A DNA stretch of 64,000 nucleotides from Patescibacteria group bacterium (GCA_040389185.1 JAZKAJ010000006.1:2914-66913), one strand, 5' to 3'. Counted from the stretch's first letter, positions 38,401 to 46,912 are shown. Translations and numbers: made by a program. Notes: generated by a model from the letters alone, not told the origin.

Positions 38401-39777
38401 GATAGTAAATGAAACATCATATGTAGCCCCCTCATTCAAATCACCTGTCTGATAAAGTGTTTTATTAACATCCTCATCATAATCAGCAGGAGCAAAGACT
38501 GCTGCGCTTTCATCATCATTCCACCCCAAGCCCAAATGCCATTCTGATATACCATAATTAAATCCTCCATCTGCGATTTGGTCCTCAGCGCCCGGATCCC
38601 GCTGTTGGATCGTCAACGTTCCTCTATCACCCACACGTTCACCACTTCGAGCATAATTAGTTGCATCACCTACGGTAGCCATTCCTGTAATATCAAGAGT
38701 ATCATTTACCGCAAGACCTCCAGTGTCACTACGGAGCGCACCATTCCTGCCCACTATAAAATCCGCCTTGTTGCTTGGTAACGAGTCTTCATCATACACT
38801 CGCAAAAGATCAACATCTCCCGCACTCCAAATCGCTGTCATATCACCATCCGCATAAAATCCGCTCCCTTCATTATTTTTTGTACCCTCTATCCAAATAC
38901 CACTACTACCTGTATCTTCTGGATCTGGATCAGGATTCGGATTCCAATGTTGCGCCTGACCATAGAGACCTGTTGGACCGTAGTGAATACCTCCAGTGTT
39001 TATTGCAGGATTACCAAAAAACATTGATCCATTCGTTAGCGTGTCTCCAGCAATCGAGAGAGAATAGTTTTTATCAGGCGCAACACCAATACCAACAGTC
39101 CCATATGTCTCATCGACTGCAAGTGGAATACCATTTGGCATTGTTTGTGAATCAACAGTGAGCCAATCAACATTATTATTATCTGAAAAAGAAGTTTCAG
39201 TAGTATCTATATATGCAGTAAATGAGGTACCTCGACTATATTCATCCTCTGTACCATCTGCACCAATGCCAGAATGAAAAACTCTGTAACCATCCGCACC
39301 ATCTACAGGATCCCAAGAAATAGCAAAATTATAATTTCCCTCAACTTGATCCAAGTTTACTTTTAAAAATTTTTCTGTGTATGTACTTGAGTACAACCGC
39401 AGACCATCTCCAATGTTTTTATAGGAGTAAACACGATAGGCATTAGTAAATGGATAGTGGATGTCAAAAGATTCTCGTCCATAACCCCCGTCCTCACTTG
39501 GAGACATCTCAACACTGACAGATGTAGGGGCCGCAATCTCATGAGCGAGCGTACCAATGTAAGTGACTCCATTTAGAGAAAAAAGGTTGCCAGGCTCAGC
39601 AATTGAGACCGTACAATTCTCATTTGTCGGGGCACATTCAGGGTTCAGTGTCTCGCCTTGAGAATATGGTTCACCACTCCATGTTGCAAAAGCATTTTGT
39701 GAAAGAGAAAAAGCACAGACAATAAAAAAAACAAGCAAAACACCCTGTGCTCCATTGCTTTTAAATATCTGTTTCAT
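32494..39777 (-). CDS. Giant surface fibre/adhesin with two LVIVD beta-propeller regions, GNVGIGT repeats and a C-terminal Peptidase_S74 intramolecular chaperone
   Basis: Signal peptide; YAYVADG...FDVSDP repeats; GNVGIGTxxP; SSSLRFKDNINSL...LNPVSFFYK...LGFIAEEV...VRYEKITAILVKAVKE; KLCVGDTCV; acidic Pro-rich tail. Confidence 0.8.
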   Translation of the reverse strand: MKQIFKSNGAQGVLLVFFIVCAFSLSQNAFATWSGEPYSQGETLNPECAPTNENCTVSIAEPGNLFSLNGVTYIGTLAHEIAAPTSVSVEMSPSEDGGYGRESFDIHYPFTNAYRVYSYKNIGDGLRLYSSTYTEKFLKVNLDQVEGNYNFAISWDPVDGADGYRVFHSGIGADGTEDEYSRGTSFTAYIDTTETSFSDNNNVDWLTVDSQTMPNGIPLAVDETYGTVGIGVAPDKNYSLSIAGDTLTNGSMFFGNPAINTGGIHYGPTGLYGQAQHWNPNPDPDPEDTGSSGIWIEGTKNNEGSGFYADGDMTAIWSAGDVDLLRVYDEDSLPSNKADFIVGRNGALRSDTGGLAVNDTLDITGMATVGDATNYARSGERVGDRGTLTIQQRDPGAEDQIADGGFNYGISEWHLGLGWNDDESAAVFAPADYDEDVNKTLYQTGDLNEGATYDVSFTITGSNGSVFVCLGGGHCETIDAGEGDVSFSGQWHKNDNQKISFSPSNDFDGTIDNVSVMSREVQGLTFLAPNDRTSLSLGIDNEEGNSEEGQHGFLIKTIDSSGNSHAASLYLPDDNNSRYEYVLPSLLTVDDGNDTFCMKYLGNCTEGITSSQWTDVGSGINFLPQGLVGIGSTSNDAKLSVNASTGGALALELLGTKSDLGDTKDVVMLGNYAYSIGNGGNSIDITSIGDPSNLTAVSSVAPTSDGASRLSISSNGDYLFAAEGTDIEIFSLEDASDPISLAVWHGNFNVNDIAVKGNDLYAATNEGFVDIDISTIDAPVTVVDLSQSEASAQGIALSDDGYAYVTSGSDIFSYAIGSNHSVTFITDFALDGNLTGRPAISGSYLYTTNDVNDATQSFVVYSINHGNITLAGYANIGSYRYNGSVVIKNNYAYVADGAPDSLYIFDVSDPANITQLANYNSESDSDAVALSGSTIILAAGDGGIHTLTLSTDQNPELALKTSGGDVLIGGTDDEFHRRYFNFGTAVGESGFGIRNNNGTMQFRNSGDGDEWTDFGSGSGDSAWNGNESGINFLSGNVGIGTTTPGSTLEIFGDGSGEFAGGYPSLLNIHTTDSNPWGLTFQNDLAGTDKEMGVFLNSDGDLVFGADDDHTSMTLGHLGQVGINTTELSNANLTIRQTSNSESVNVEELTNGSFDGNAVGWMLGDGWSYDDNDVVADEATDSSGPITSFIELTDGGSGYVPDEIVHVDGGNGDATMEILSVSGVPDSFSVSTAGSGYTEGDTITVSGFNGDATLSVDSVDGDGAIVGISIISNTASFGSDMNEVVSGGTGSGGYLSQDVPSGAIRGFNGNTILTAGDGYTDGAGYSLTATSGSGAVATFHTEVGESSNLSQGDGLDAGEYRLSFTIGEGEGEIEACIGSVSEDTCNTYSAGNGDVSFSSTLNGSADSFTVEFMPIGGAFSGSISNVSLMRSEETGTAPGLTIMASNAPVSVSIGADVGEITDATGIKFTTSDPGHTESASFFLSGDDDAHYGYQLPSLESLMGGIDTVCMQNLGNCTGGDMQSFTTMERDNIESPTNNQIIFNTDTKTMQYYTTDNEGEWIDIAGGDSKWNTNEDGIDYTNGNVGIGTNTPHAGLDVVGGSAGVGFSQITRYHDVQTGVMDLVVSGNKLYSVDGYHLDIFDITDPVDETLLTYYDFQGDNVTPTAVRVVGDIAYVAAGNSVYVLDVNDTSQTPILLGVSDEGPAQIEDIQVKNGIVYVTDNNGYFYALNVSAISHGHSGDPVFFSEPYQADDSAYRIAISDNGHYAYLEEDTEIEVVDITDPTDFEQMSLYPSEADYFDGGIATKGNYVYATRDTDDGEGFVVFDASDPENLVKVGSTSIGDWRYNTRITISGNIAYVADGAEDSVYAINISYPHNPITIGYGTTDGDSYAVAAYKDVLFVADGDNGIVVLNAPKNYSALFNGGNVGIGTNDPAFNLDVGAIKATATLTIGEVIDGDAFLLFDSQNSMHAYEFDDNDTNSGAYPIPIGDTLSETINTTVNVINNGGYFSATRVGNNIIIEQLSAGASGNVWNILPDDENNPQIHPTHHSANITLTDFTGGVNGDINFGGNLYQHGQLFTGSQWTDFDGGIAYNTGDVSIGNGSFLYNSTTGVTSIDNLSMGALTFAEDAGAVSWVDLPISGDASQGTVESYTASIAGLSILTVHGEDDGEGGIENTGVRMENLPVSDEGQLSYLCINSSGELVVGSNSDCSSSSLRFKDNINSLTDDSGLTELMKLNPVSFFYKPEFNGALQSNPNYSGEQLGFIAEEVNAVDPRLVTLEADGTTVHGVRYEKITAILVKAVKEIADKLSGFTDQFTTHKLCVGDTCVTEAEFIQMVHSAGVTPVPKNDASTTPDMISIPDENSSSESDSGSSNQDVNSLDEGSTTSEVVEPTENAPTPDPTPIEDPAPNPEQLTPDPSSQVPEPSAE

Positions 39778-39855
39778 TGATACTCATAATAATACCAAAA
39801 AATGAAGACTATATTAAGAAAATATTAAGAAAATATGGGGATAACCCAACTAAAA

Positions 39856-40722
39856 TTAGACAAAAATTTCGCCATCAAAATTTTCTGACTTTAATATCGT
39901 TTGATTCTCTCGAATGAGAACAAAATCAAAATTGTATGCGTCAGAAAGAATGTTCGAATCAACAAAAAAGAGACAGGTCGCAACACAATCGGCGACAAGC
40001 GCCGTATCTGCAACAACCCATACCGCCACAACATCGGTTACTGATTTTAACGTCTTTGGATTCATAATGTGATTAAATTCCGCCCATTTTCTTCTCGTTC
40101 CCGCCGAACCACATATACTTTTATTTTTGAGATTATATACACCCACCACTTCATCGAGACTAAATGGATTTTCAAGTCCAACTTTGATACTTTCATTGTT
40201 CTTGTGCAATATATCTCCACCAGCATCAATACAATATTTTGTAATATTATTCTGTTCTAGCAGGTCTCCAACAATGTCTATCAAATAACCTTTACCCCCT
40301 GCACCAAAATCAAGAATTGCAGGTATTTTTATTTTAAGTTTAGGGAAATTAAATTCCATTACATCTTCCCAATTTCGTGGGCTCATTAATTCATTTTTTT
40401 GTTTAAGAGAATACTCTGCATCATATCCAGCATCAGAAAGTATATCCCCTACAAGTGGAGTAAAAAGTCCTTCAGTCTTTTGATAGAGATCAAAATATAT
40501 ATTTAAGAGCATCTTACTATCCTCTGGCAAAGTGTAGATACCTGGTTTCTGCGACATTTCTGTTATCAATGAATCAGATCGAAATCGAGAATATGTCTTG
40601 TCGAATGTTTCGATTCGAATATTTATTTTTTCAAAAATTTCTTCCTCATCTTTTTTGTCGAGATAATCAAAAATATCTATCTGCCAAGATGTGCCAATTG
40701 CATCAAAATTAAACTGAGGCAT
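39856..40722 (-). CDS. apbE: FAD:protein FMN transferase
   Basis: FDAIGT, YSRFRSDS, LDFGAGGKGYLID, DAGGDI, HIMNPKT and ADCVATCLF motifs. Confidence 0.88.
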   Translation of the reverse strand: MPQFNFDAIGTSWQIDIFDYLDKKDEEEIFEKINIRIETFDKTYSRFRSDSLITEMSQKPGIYTLPEDSKMLLNIYFDLYQKTEGLFTPLVGDILSDAGYDAEYSLKQKNELMSPRNWEDVMEFNFPKLKIKIPAILDFGAGGKGYLIDIVGDLLEQNNITKYCIDAGGDILHKNNESIKVGLENPFSLDEVVGVYNLKNKSICGSAGTRRKWAEFNHIMNPKTLKSVTDVVAVWVVADTALVADCVATCLFFVDSNILSDAYNFDFVLIRENQTILKSENFDGEIFV

Positions 40723-40730
40723 AGAAAAGA

Positions 40731-41324
40731 TTATGCCTTTGCCTTTGCCTTTGCCTTTGCCTTGATTTGTGCAACAGCATCATTAAATCCTATCGGCGTA
40801 AGGGACGCACCTGATACTTTTGTAAGTCTTATATTTGCTATATTTTGTCCAACGACAAATTGCTGGTATCCAGAGATAAATCTGTCTTGATACCTTGATG
40901 ATGTGTTATCACCCGCACCGTTTGTCACAGTAGCACTAGTCACAATATCATTTGAAATTGTGAGAGTTACACCAACAGTATCGGGTCCGCCCGGAGATCT
41001 GTAACTTCCCGTCGCTGAGTAAGTACCATTTTTATATACACTTACTGTAGTAGGTTTTTTGGTTGTGTCAGCTGGTGGAGTTGTGACTGCAGGGGTAGTC
41101 TGTTTTACAGGAACATTATCTTCTTGCCCGTCATCGCCAAAATCTCGCGTCTCCTCGACTGGTACACCCGTGACACTTTCTTGAGGTGCAATATCTGTGT
41201 ATGTTTGTTGAGATGGATTATTATTATCTTTAATACTAAAGATAAGTGCATATGCAATCCCGCCAAGAACAATTATCCCAATAACAATTCCAACTATTTT
41301 ATTTGTTTGATTTTGTGAATTCAT
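40731..41324 (-). CDS. Membrane-anchored FMN-binding (flavinylation substrate) protein
   Basis: N-terminal TM, Pro/Thr linker, YKNGTYSATGSYRSPGG, and the [ST]GA[ST] motif in VSGASLTPIGFNDA. Confidence 0.8.
   Translation of the reverse strand: MNSQNQTNKIVGIVIGIIVLGGIAYALIFSIKDNNNPSQQTYTDIAPQESVTGVPVEETRDFGDDGQEDNVPVKQTTPAVTTPPADTTKKPTTVSVYKNGTYSATGSYRSPGGPDTVGVTLTISNDIVTSATVTNGAGDNTSSRYQDRFISGYQQFVVGQNIANIRLTKVSGASLTPIGFNDAVAQIKAKAKAKAKA
40735..40763. repeat. (GCCTTT)~4.8 microsatellite encoding a KAKAKAKA tail
   Basis: Read directly from the sequence. Confidence 0.85.
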
Positions 41325-41333
41325 TTTATTAAA

Positions 41334-41735
41334 TTATTTTTTACCATTAACACTTTCCTGAAAAGACAGCACATCACTTCCATTCATAAACACCACAAAT
41401 GTTGCAACCGCGAGTCCAAAATCTCGGACACCGATCTCTCCATATCCCACAACAAACATAATATCAAAAAGATGAAGAGATAGAAGCAATGCAGAGACAC
41501 GAGTCAATATTCCAAAGAGAAGCATTATTCCAAAAACAAGTTCAAATGATGCATTGAAATAAACAAGCGTTACGGCGCTTAATCCTGACATTGATACGGC
41601 AGAATCTGGCACATATGCAGTCCAATCCGCAGTATGCAGAAATTGTTCAGTACTGAACCAAAGGATAACAAGAGACATACCAATACGAAGCACACTTCCT
41701 GAATAAGTTTCTAATTTTTGAAATAAGGCATTCAT
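41334..41735 (-). CDS. DoxX-family membrane protein
   Basis: VLRIGMSLVILWF, FELVFGIMLLFG and GVRDFGL motifs. Start 41735 has TATAAT 6 nt upstream. Confidence 0.75.
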   Translation of the reverse strand: MNALFQKLETYSGSVLRIGMSLVILWFSTEQFLHTADWTAYVPDSAVSMSGLSAVTLVYFNASFELVFGIMLLFGILTRVSALLLSLHLFDIMFVVGYGEIGVRDFGLAVATFVVFMNGSDVLSFQESVNGKK

Positions 41736-41794
41736 ATGTTTATTATACATTAATACGAAATCTTTCCAAAAAAAGTTGCAAGTGTATTATTTTC

Positions 41795-42868
41795 CTAGAG
41801 CAGTGCGAGTACCCTTCGAGTGATCGATCCGACATATCCTACAATAGGTGCAATGGTATGCGCAATTTGAAATTTAATTACCGCCGCACGCGTCGCAGAG
41901 CCAAAATATCTTGTTTCATTGCCGATAGATCCCGCTCCACTTTGTGATACCACGAATCCGTGGTTATTTAGCCATACCTGAAGAGCATATACATCGTCAC
42001 CAGTAATTCCCAAATAAAGGTCTCTTGAGAGCAATAATCCACTGCTACCATTTGCAGGAATTATATTTAGATCATCAATCGCATCGACAATAGGTTGAGG
42101 TAATTCAATACTTTCATTTTTTGCATCAATAAATACACTTCGAAAGTTTTTTACCAAGAATTTAGATAACTTATCTTCATCTGTGGTTTGTTTTAATATT
42201 TGAGTTAGATCATCAATTTTGTCTTCTAGAGATAATTCTTTTGTAAGTCGAGGAAATGGATCGACAGGAGTACCTGAGTTATCGTGTATCTCGAAATGTA
42301 AATGCGCTGGTCCACCCGCCGCATTACCAGTATCACCTACATACCCTATTAAGTCACCGGCTTCCAAGACAAGTCCAGATACTACCCCTTCACCAATATG
42401 ATCTAGGTGCATATATACAAAAGTTTCTCCTCCAGGGTTTGCAGTGTATACATAGTTACCCTCTGTCTCGCCCACTCCCGTACGAATCACTACCGCTTCT
42501 GTCGGTGAAACAATTGGCGTACCTAAAACAGCCATAATATCCTCACCCTCATGTGTTCGCCCATCAGACCGAGGATCACCAAAATTCGGTGATATGTCAC
42601 TTATTCCTACGCCAAAAAGCACTGGCATAGAGACTGTTTTATCGGAAGTATCTGGAAGGGCACTTATTTTCTTTTGAAGTTCGCTTGATTGTCCACGATA
42701 TTGTCTTATTTGAATTTGTCTGGTAGTTGAAGATTCGGCAGAACCATCAGTATTATATAGAGTCCTAAAATAACTATACCGAGTCGATGTTGATGTGGCA
42801 GCGAACGCAAGAGTTGGCAATATAAAAATTGCCATCAGAATAACGAGTTTAAATGTAGAATATTTCAT
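41795..42868 (-). CDS. M23 peptidase with C-terminal peptidoglycan-binding domain
   Basis: HEGEDI, YMHL and GYVGDTGNA...HLHFEI motifs. C-terminal RDLYLGITGDDVYALQ...YFGSATRAAVIKFQ. Signal peptide from ATG 42868. Confidence 0.88.
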   Translation of the reverse strand: MKYSTFKLVILMAIFILPTLAFAATSTSTRYSYFRTLYNTDGSAESSTTRQIQIRQYRGQSSELQKKISALPDTSDKTVSMPVLFGVGISDISPNFGDPRSDGRTHEGEDIMAVLGTPIVSPTEAVVIRTGVGETEGNYVYTANPGGETFVYMHLDHIGEGVVSGLVLEAGDLIGYVGDTGNAAGGPAHLHFEIHDNSGTPVDPFPRLTKELSLEDKIDDLTQILKQTTDEDKLSKFLVKNFRSVFIDAKNESIELPQPIVDAIDDLNIIPANGSSGLLLSRDLYLGITGDDVYALQVWLNNHGFVVSQSGAGSIGNETRYFGSATRAAVIKFQIAHTIAPIVGYVGSITRRVLALL

Positions 42869-42951
42869 TGTTTGTTTAGTTAAAAAATTAGACAGCAGAG
42901 GTGATAGAACCAATCCATCTATATTATAGAAGACGGGTTGGTATCGATATG

Positions 42952-42995
42952 ATTACTAAATAAGCCGGCACCAAAGGGCCGGCTTATTTAGTAAT
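42952..42995. terminator. Perfect 18-bp inverted repeat, probable intrinsic terminator
   Basis: attactaaataagccggc / gccggcttatttagtaat with an 8-nt loop, right after the stop of the 43000 gene. Confidence 0.8.
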
Positions 42996-42999
42996 TTTT

Positions 43000-44133
43000 T
43001 TACAGCGCATCTGATGCATCCTCCGCCTTGCGTTCCGCTTTTCTTGCCAAGCTCTCAGCATCGGCATAATCTTCATCATCATATTTTATTCTCGCATTAT
43101 TAAAGAATTCCGTTGCATCATTAAAAAGACCCTTTGCATCACTTGTATCTCGATTCTTTTTGTCAGCGAGAGATATATCAGATCTTGCAGCACTCATCGC
43201 GCTCTTTGCTTTATTTATGGCATTTAGAGCATCTGTCTCATCACCATTATTATTAATAGCATCTTCGGCATCACTACCTTTGTCTTCTGCTTCTTGAGCG
43301 AGATTATTGGCATCATCATAATTAAGTGCATCTAATTCATCTTTTGCATTCTGTAATATAGTTCGAGCGCTCTTAAGGAGACTTTTTGCTTCTGATACAT
43401 CCTTCCCACCATCATCTGCATTATTTATTTTGTCTTCAATATCATCAAGCCCATGATCAACTTCATTAATTCTATTGTCGACACTATCACCTTTGGTTTT
43501 ACCGCCAGCAGCTTTGAATGCATTCACAGCATCACTAAAACTATTATCCGCATATGATTTTGCTTTTGAATAATCACCACTTATATATGATTTCATTGCC
43601 TTAAGTATTTCTTCTCTTGCGGAGACCAAGTCCTTATTGGACTGATCTACGTTTACGCCACCATGTCCAGAATCTACAACTTCATCTTCCGAATCTTGAA
43701 GCTGTTTGATAGCCCGAGTAAGTGCACTTTTTGCATCAGAAGAAGAACCACTTGATGTTGTAGTTGTAACGACAGGCGTAGCTAAAGTTTGTGACGAAGA
43801 TGAAGGTCCTGCCACTATAATATTATATTTTTGTCGTGAGAGTGGGCCGAAGTATCCAGTCGATGCAAGTCCATTATCTTTTTGCCATTTTTTGATCGTT
43901 GCAACTGTTAATGACTTCAGTGTGTCTGTTTCCTTACCAGGAGAGCCTGCACCAGTACTTGATATTATATATCCAGAGCCATTTAAGAATTTTTGAAGAC
44001 ATCTGACATCTTCTCCCTCAGCGTTAAGTGAGAGGTCTCTTGTGAATCCACAAGAAGCAGCATAAGTAGTATTCGCAGCAAGAATGGCAAGTGCAGATAT
44101 TCCGAGAATAAATAAATGTTTTGAGTATTTCAT
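43000..44133 (-). CDS. Secreted peptidoglycan-binding protein with repeated helical-bundle C-terminus
   Basis: Signal peptide; CGFTRDLSLNAEGEDVRCLQKFLN...TGYFGPLSR; three D-x-S-x-A...Y-x2-A helical repeats. Start set at ATG 44133. Confidence 0.72.
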   Translation of the reverse strand: MKYSKHLFILGISALAILAANTTYAASCGFTRDLSLNAEGEDVRCLQKFLNGSGYIISSTGAGSPGKETDTLKSLTVATIKKWQKDNGLASTGYFGPLSRQKYNIIVAGPSSSSQTLATPVVTTTTSSGSSSDAKSALTRAIKQLQDSEDEVVDSGHGGVNVDQSNKDLVSAREEILKAMKSYISGDYSKAKSYADNSFSDAVNAFKAAGGKTKGDSVDNRINEVDHGLDDIEDKINNADDGGKDVSEAKSLLKSARTILQNAKDELDALNYDDANNLAQEAEDKGSDAEDAINNNGDETDALNAINKAKSAMSAARSDISLADKKNRDTSDAKGLFNDATEFFNNARIKYDDEDYADAESLARKAERKAEDASDAL

Positions 44134-44272
44134 AAAAGTTCTATTTGTTATAGATACAATTATATTACAAAATGACAAAATGAACAGAACAAATTCAGAT
44201 TACTTTCAGTAGTTTGGTACACAAAGCCATAAAATTCTGTAAGTATTTAATTTCTGTCTCGTCATATCGTAT

Positions 44273-44791
44273 ATGAACTATTTTAAAGTCAGATTTAGGA
44301 AAGAGAACCAGGATCTTATCAATTTTGGAACTTCGACCATCTCTTATCTTTTAATCCTAACAATACTCACCTTACATCTGAAAAATGAACGCGGGCTCCC
44401 CAAAGGAATCAATGTCTTTGATTTTGTCTTAATACTTCTTGCGACGCTTCGACTAACAGAATTATTTGTCTATGACAAATCAATGCAATTCTTTCGAGAT
44501 CTCTTCGTCAATATAAAAAAAATAGAGGTTAAAAAGAATGAAGTAATAATAGAAAAGTCGCCCACCAATTACGGACTCCGACGAACTATCCACGATCTTC
44601 TTGAATGCCCTTGGTGCACGAGCGTGTGGACCGGTACCTTTATTACTTTTTTATATTTTCTCTTTCCAAGTTTTTGGATATTTATTCTTATTCTTGCAAT
44701 ATCTGGTGGAGCAACAATGATACAGCTCGCAACAAATGCGATCGGATGGACCTCAGAAAAGACCGAACAAGAAGTCGAGAGTACGAAGTAG
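44273..44791 (+). CDS. DUF1360-family membrane protein
   Basis: LATLRLTELFVYD and LLECPWCTSVW (CxxC) motifs. Confidence 0.75.
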   Translation: MNYFKVRFRKENQDLINFGTSTISYLLILTILTLHLKNERGLPKGINVFDFVLILLATLRLTELFVYDKSMQFFRDLFVNIKKIEVKKNEVIIEKSPTNYGLRRTIHDLLECPWCTSVWTGTFITFLYFLFPSFWIFILILAISGGATMIQLATNAIGWTSEKTEQEVESTK

Positions 44792-44797
44792 GAAATT

Positions 44798-45202
44798 CTA
44801 AAATGACAATATAAATGCAGCGAGCAATATTCCCACAAGCTGATTTGAAACAACTATAAGTACCTGCCACAACTGCTGACTTCGTGCAGTAGGACCCCAA
44901 ATAATTCCAGAGATCTGCGTTGGAATAATAAATCCAATAAGTAAAAAGAGGGCTGTTACTATTGGGCTAAATGGGAGCGCGATAAGCATTACACTAAGCG
45001 CAAAAGTAAAAACCAGCGTGAGAAATATTTGTAAAGCATAAAACAGAGCCATCTGTTTCTCTGCTTTTTTAATTTCTTTTTCAGTGCATTTATCTGCCCC
45101 CATTATCTTCATCCACCATTTCCCAAACATGAGTGGAGAATACCACAAGGCACCGAGTACAAACTGAGCAAGAGTTGCGATGATTATATATGTGTAATTC
45201 AT
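44798..45202 (-). CDS. DUF1761-family membrane protein
   Basis: FVLGALWYSPLMFGKWW motif, four TMs. Confidence 0.8.
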   Translation of the reverse strand: MNYTYIIIATLAQFVLGALWYSPLMFGKWWMKIMGADKCTEKEIKKAEKQMALFYALQIFLTLVFTFALSVMLIALPFSPIVTALFLLIGFIIPTQISGIIWGPTARSQQLWQVLIVVSNQLVGILLAAFILSF

Positions 45203-45246
45203 AACTATTATTTATTAACTTTTATACTAGTATATTAACAAATTTT

Positions 45247-46266
45247 TTAAGATTTGTTTTTTGGAAAAATAACAGCAAAAACGGTACCGACACCTTTCTC
45301 ACTTTTAACAGTAAGGGTGGCATGATGCATCTCTACAATCTCTTTAACGATTGTCAGTCCAAGTCCTAGTCCATTTTGTATTTTTCCCCCTGATTCACTA
45401 GCACCTCTATAAAATGGTTCAAAAATGTATGGCAAATCCTCTTCCAAAATACCTGAACCATTATCACGAACTACAAGCGATATCTTTGGACCCTCATCTG
45501 CGAGGCTTACCTCGACAAACCCAGTGGTTGAGTGTGCAACAGCATTTTTTAAAAGATTCGTGATTAGCATAACAACCCCTGCTTTGCTACCTGTTATAAA
45601 AACCGACTCCGGAGCTTTAATAACTATAGAAACATCTTGACCCATCGTATCTTTTACTTTTTCTATAGCCTTTTCTACTTTTACACGAAGATTAATCTCT
45701 TCTTTCATAAAAGTTCTTTTCTTATTTTTTAATCCAGAAAAAACCATCAAAAAATCGGTGAGGTTTGAGAGCTCCTCTATTTCCTCTCTATTACTTTTCA
45801 ATATTGAAATTGCTTTCTCTCTTGTGAGAAATTCCTCATGCCGTAGTGCCACTTCGATACTATTTTTCATTACAGCAATTGGGGTTTTAAGCTCATGTGA
45901 TACTGTTGCAGAAAATCTTTTTTGAAGCTCTGCAGATTTTTTGACTGGACGAAGTGCATATCGAGCCAAAAAATAAGCAGCAACTACAAGTAAAATAAGT
46001 TTTACACCACGCCAAAACCAAAGCTCTTGCTCAGCCTTAATAAAGGCTAACTCCACCATTGGCCCAGTATCAAGACGGGCAATCTCATAAACAGCGTCAC
46101 GAAGAAATCTGTCAGCAATATCACTTATAATAATTGATACAACAGTACCTACAATAAAATAAAGTATAGCAATCTTAATCTGCGCAACCAGAAATGGGTC
46201 GGAAGTAAGCTTATCTTTCCACCGCGTAACCAACCCCTCGAACTGTGCGTATAATTTTTGAATCAT
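45247..46266 (-). CDS. Sensor histidine kinase
   Basis: Two TMs; H-box VSHELKTP; NLLKNA; DNGSGI...IFEPFYRG; GLGLGLTIV. Start uncertain (46266 or 46275). Confidence 0.9.
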   Translation of the reverse strand: MIQKLYAQFEGLVTRWKDKLTSDPFLVAQIKIAILYFIVGTVVSIIISDIADRFLRDAVYEIARLDTGPMVELAFIKAEQELWFWRGVKLILLVVAAYFLARYALRPVKKSAELQKRFSATVSHELKTPIAVMKNSIEVALRHEEFLTREKAISILKSNREEIEELSNLTDFLMVFSGLKNKKRTFMKEEINLRVKVEKAIEKVKDTMGQDVSIVIKAPESVFITGSKAGVVMLITNLLKNAVAHSTTGFVEVSLADEGPKISLVVRDNGSGILEEDLPYIFEPFYRGASESGGKIQNGLGLGLTIVKEIVEMHHATLTVKSEKGVGTVFAVIFPKNKS

Positions 46267-46876
46267 AGTTATCATCTATTTTCTGTCTCAAGTGTCGAAT
46301 ATGTACATCAACAACATTTCCAAAATCATCATCTTTTCTTTCCCACAGTTTCTCATATATTTCTTCTCTTGTCTTTACCTTACCATCACTTTCAATAAGG
46401 TATTCAAGAAGTTCAAATTCTTTAAATGTGAGATAGATTTCTTTTCCCGCTCTAAACACCCTTCTTTCCCCAATATCAATTGTAAGATCAGAAATCTTGA
46501 GCTGTGGAGGATTGCCTTGAGATCTTCTTGTGAGAGCCCGAAGTCTTGCCAGCACCTCATTAAATGAAAAAGGTTTTGATACAAAATCATCTGCACCACT
46601 ATCAAGTGCATTTATTTTATCCTCTAGAGAATCTCGTGCAGTCAAAACCAAGATAGGAACCCCCACACCTTCTTTTCGCAAAGTTTTACATATCTCAAAC
46701 CCATCTTTGCTTGGGAGCATAAGATCGAGAATCACAAGGTCGGGAATATGTTCTAAAACATTTTTTTCACCCAAAATTCCATCATAAAATACTGAGACTT
46801 CATATCCCTCTCCTTCGAGACCTTCTGTAAGTGATGCGGCAAGTTTTTTTTCGTCCTCGATAAGTGTGATTTTCAT
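46211..46876 (-). CDS. OmpR/PhoB-family response regulator
   Basis: IEDE, LDLMLP, LTARD, GADDFVSKPF, NVVDVHIRHLRQKI and IRTVRGVGY motifs. Confidence 0.93.
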   Translation of the reverse strand: MKITLIEDEKKLAASLTEGLEGEGYEVSVFYDGILGEKNVLEHIPDLVILDLMLPSKDGFEICKTLRKEGVGVPILVLTARDSLEDKINALDSGADDFVSKPFSFNEVLARLRALTRRSQGNPPQLKISDLTIDIGERRVFRAGKEIYLTFKEFELLEYLIESDGKVKTREEIYEKLWERKDDDFGNVVDVHIRHLRQKIDDNYDSKIIRTVRGVGYAVER

Positions 46877-46912
46877 CACTCTATTATAGCAATAATAGAG
46901 AGCGCAAACAAC

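Noticed and set aside
40735-40763. Phase-variation switch at (GCCTTT)n
   Set aside because: The hexamer unit keeps the frame and sits at the extreme C-terminus, so slippage only changes the number of KA pairs.
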